The position numbers were made by a program, and so were the translations under genes. A stretch of 60,106 nt of DNA, the filler included, from Sphacelaria rigidula (lineage: Eukaryota): assembly GCA_964200075.2 (NCBI GenBank). It is 10 parts of 10 records of this genome, joined end to end, with 100 filler letters (N's around TTAATTAATTAA, not from the genome) between each part and the next. Parts side by side here need not be neighbours in the genome. Positions count along the whole stretch, not along the records: positions 54,187 to 60,106 come from CAXNAA020023487.1; 9 more parts are not named here. One strand, written 5' to 3'. The notes beneath the pieces were generated by a model. It was not told the origin of the DNA, did no database searches, and was given only the letters and a program-made list of their open reading frames with translations. Of this stretch, positions 59,409 to 60,106 are shown one piece after another. The first letter of the stretch is position 1. Each line of letters starts with the position of its first letter.

Positions 59409-60106
59409 GTGAGCGTGCTTTTATACACGTGGTGGAAGTGAAATCATCAAAGAGGCCATTTTTTTGTAGCCGTCGTTTTCGGTTGTAATAACGAACAGAG
59501 AAAGGAAGGTGTGGCTGCGGGTTAGAGAAAGTCGAGCGCCAAAAACCTGCCACTATGCGTGTTCCCCGCATCCAGCGCAGTAGAGAGGTGTGTCAGATGT
59601 GCACAATAGCCGGTGATTCAGATGACGTTTACAAACGATGAAAATCAAAATCAAGCCATGTTTGTCCAGACTGATGGATCATGATTCATCTCATTTGTAC
59701 ATTTTCTGATTTTTTCCCATCACAGGACGGAAAATTTGAAAATTCCAGCCGGCGCGACGTTGACTGATTTTTGGTACAAATGTTCAAATGGTCTCGGCTG
59801 GTGTCCAAACTCATTTCAATCCTGACGCTATTGCCGCACAGCGTTTCTTCCTTTTGTCCTTTAGTTTGAGATTTCCGTGTTACAGATTGTGCCGACAGCT
59901 TTCAATTTTTATCGGGTGTTGCGTATTAATAGTGATTTTCGTGATAAATCCAGTGTGTGTCTGGTGGGGAGGGGGGGAAGGGGGGGGGGGGGGGTTTCCT
60001 TACCTCTTCCTCTGCCATTGTCATGCGCCATACTAGAACATATAGAAAAGCGTCAACAGCTGCCGACTACTATCGTGTGTTTTTCATGTTTTTTCGGTTT
60101 GCTTTT

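Overview
This is not one contiguous locus. It is ten unrelated eukaryotic contigs (six of 5921 bp, then four of 5920 bp) joined by nine identical 100-bp linkers (44 N + TTAATTAATTAA + 44 N), i.e. a size-sorted concatenation. Short GT-AG exons in long repeat-rich introns, aureochrome-like LOV sequence and the repeat content suggest a brown alga or related stramenopile (inference). Spliced gene fragments read by hand: a PIF1/LRR1-type PH-domain first exon (contig 1); a PPPDE/DeSI isopeptidase with SHP and VIM p97-binding motifs (contig 3); a RanBP2-ZnF/AWS/SET histone methyltransferase (contig 4); proteasome subunit RPN1 (contig 6); a PQ-loop/SemiSWEET-like membrane protein (contig 7); a possible DEG/ENaC-like membrane protein (contig 8); and a tandem degenerate-PAS + LOV putative blue-light receptor (contig 10). 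The rest is mostly decayed transposable elements: a chromodomain Ty3/gypsy element next to a Ty1/copia relic, RTE LINEs, tRNA-derived SINEs and many MITE families. There is also a ~530-bp near-perfect palindrome. Most ORFs in the supplied track are spurious. I saw no prokaryotic-style operon or CRISPR system.
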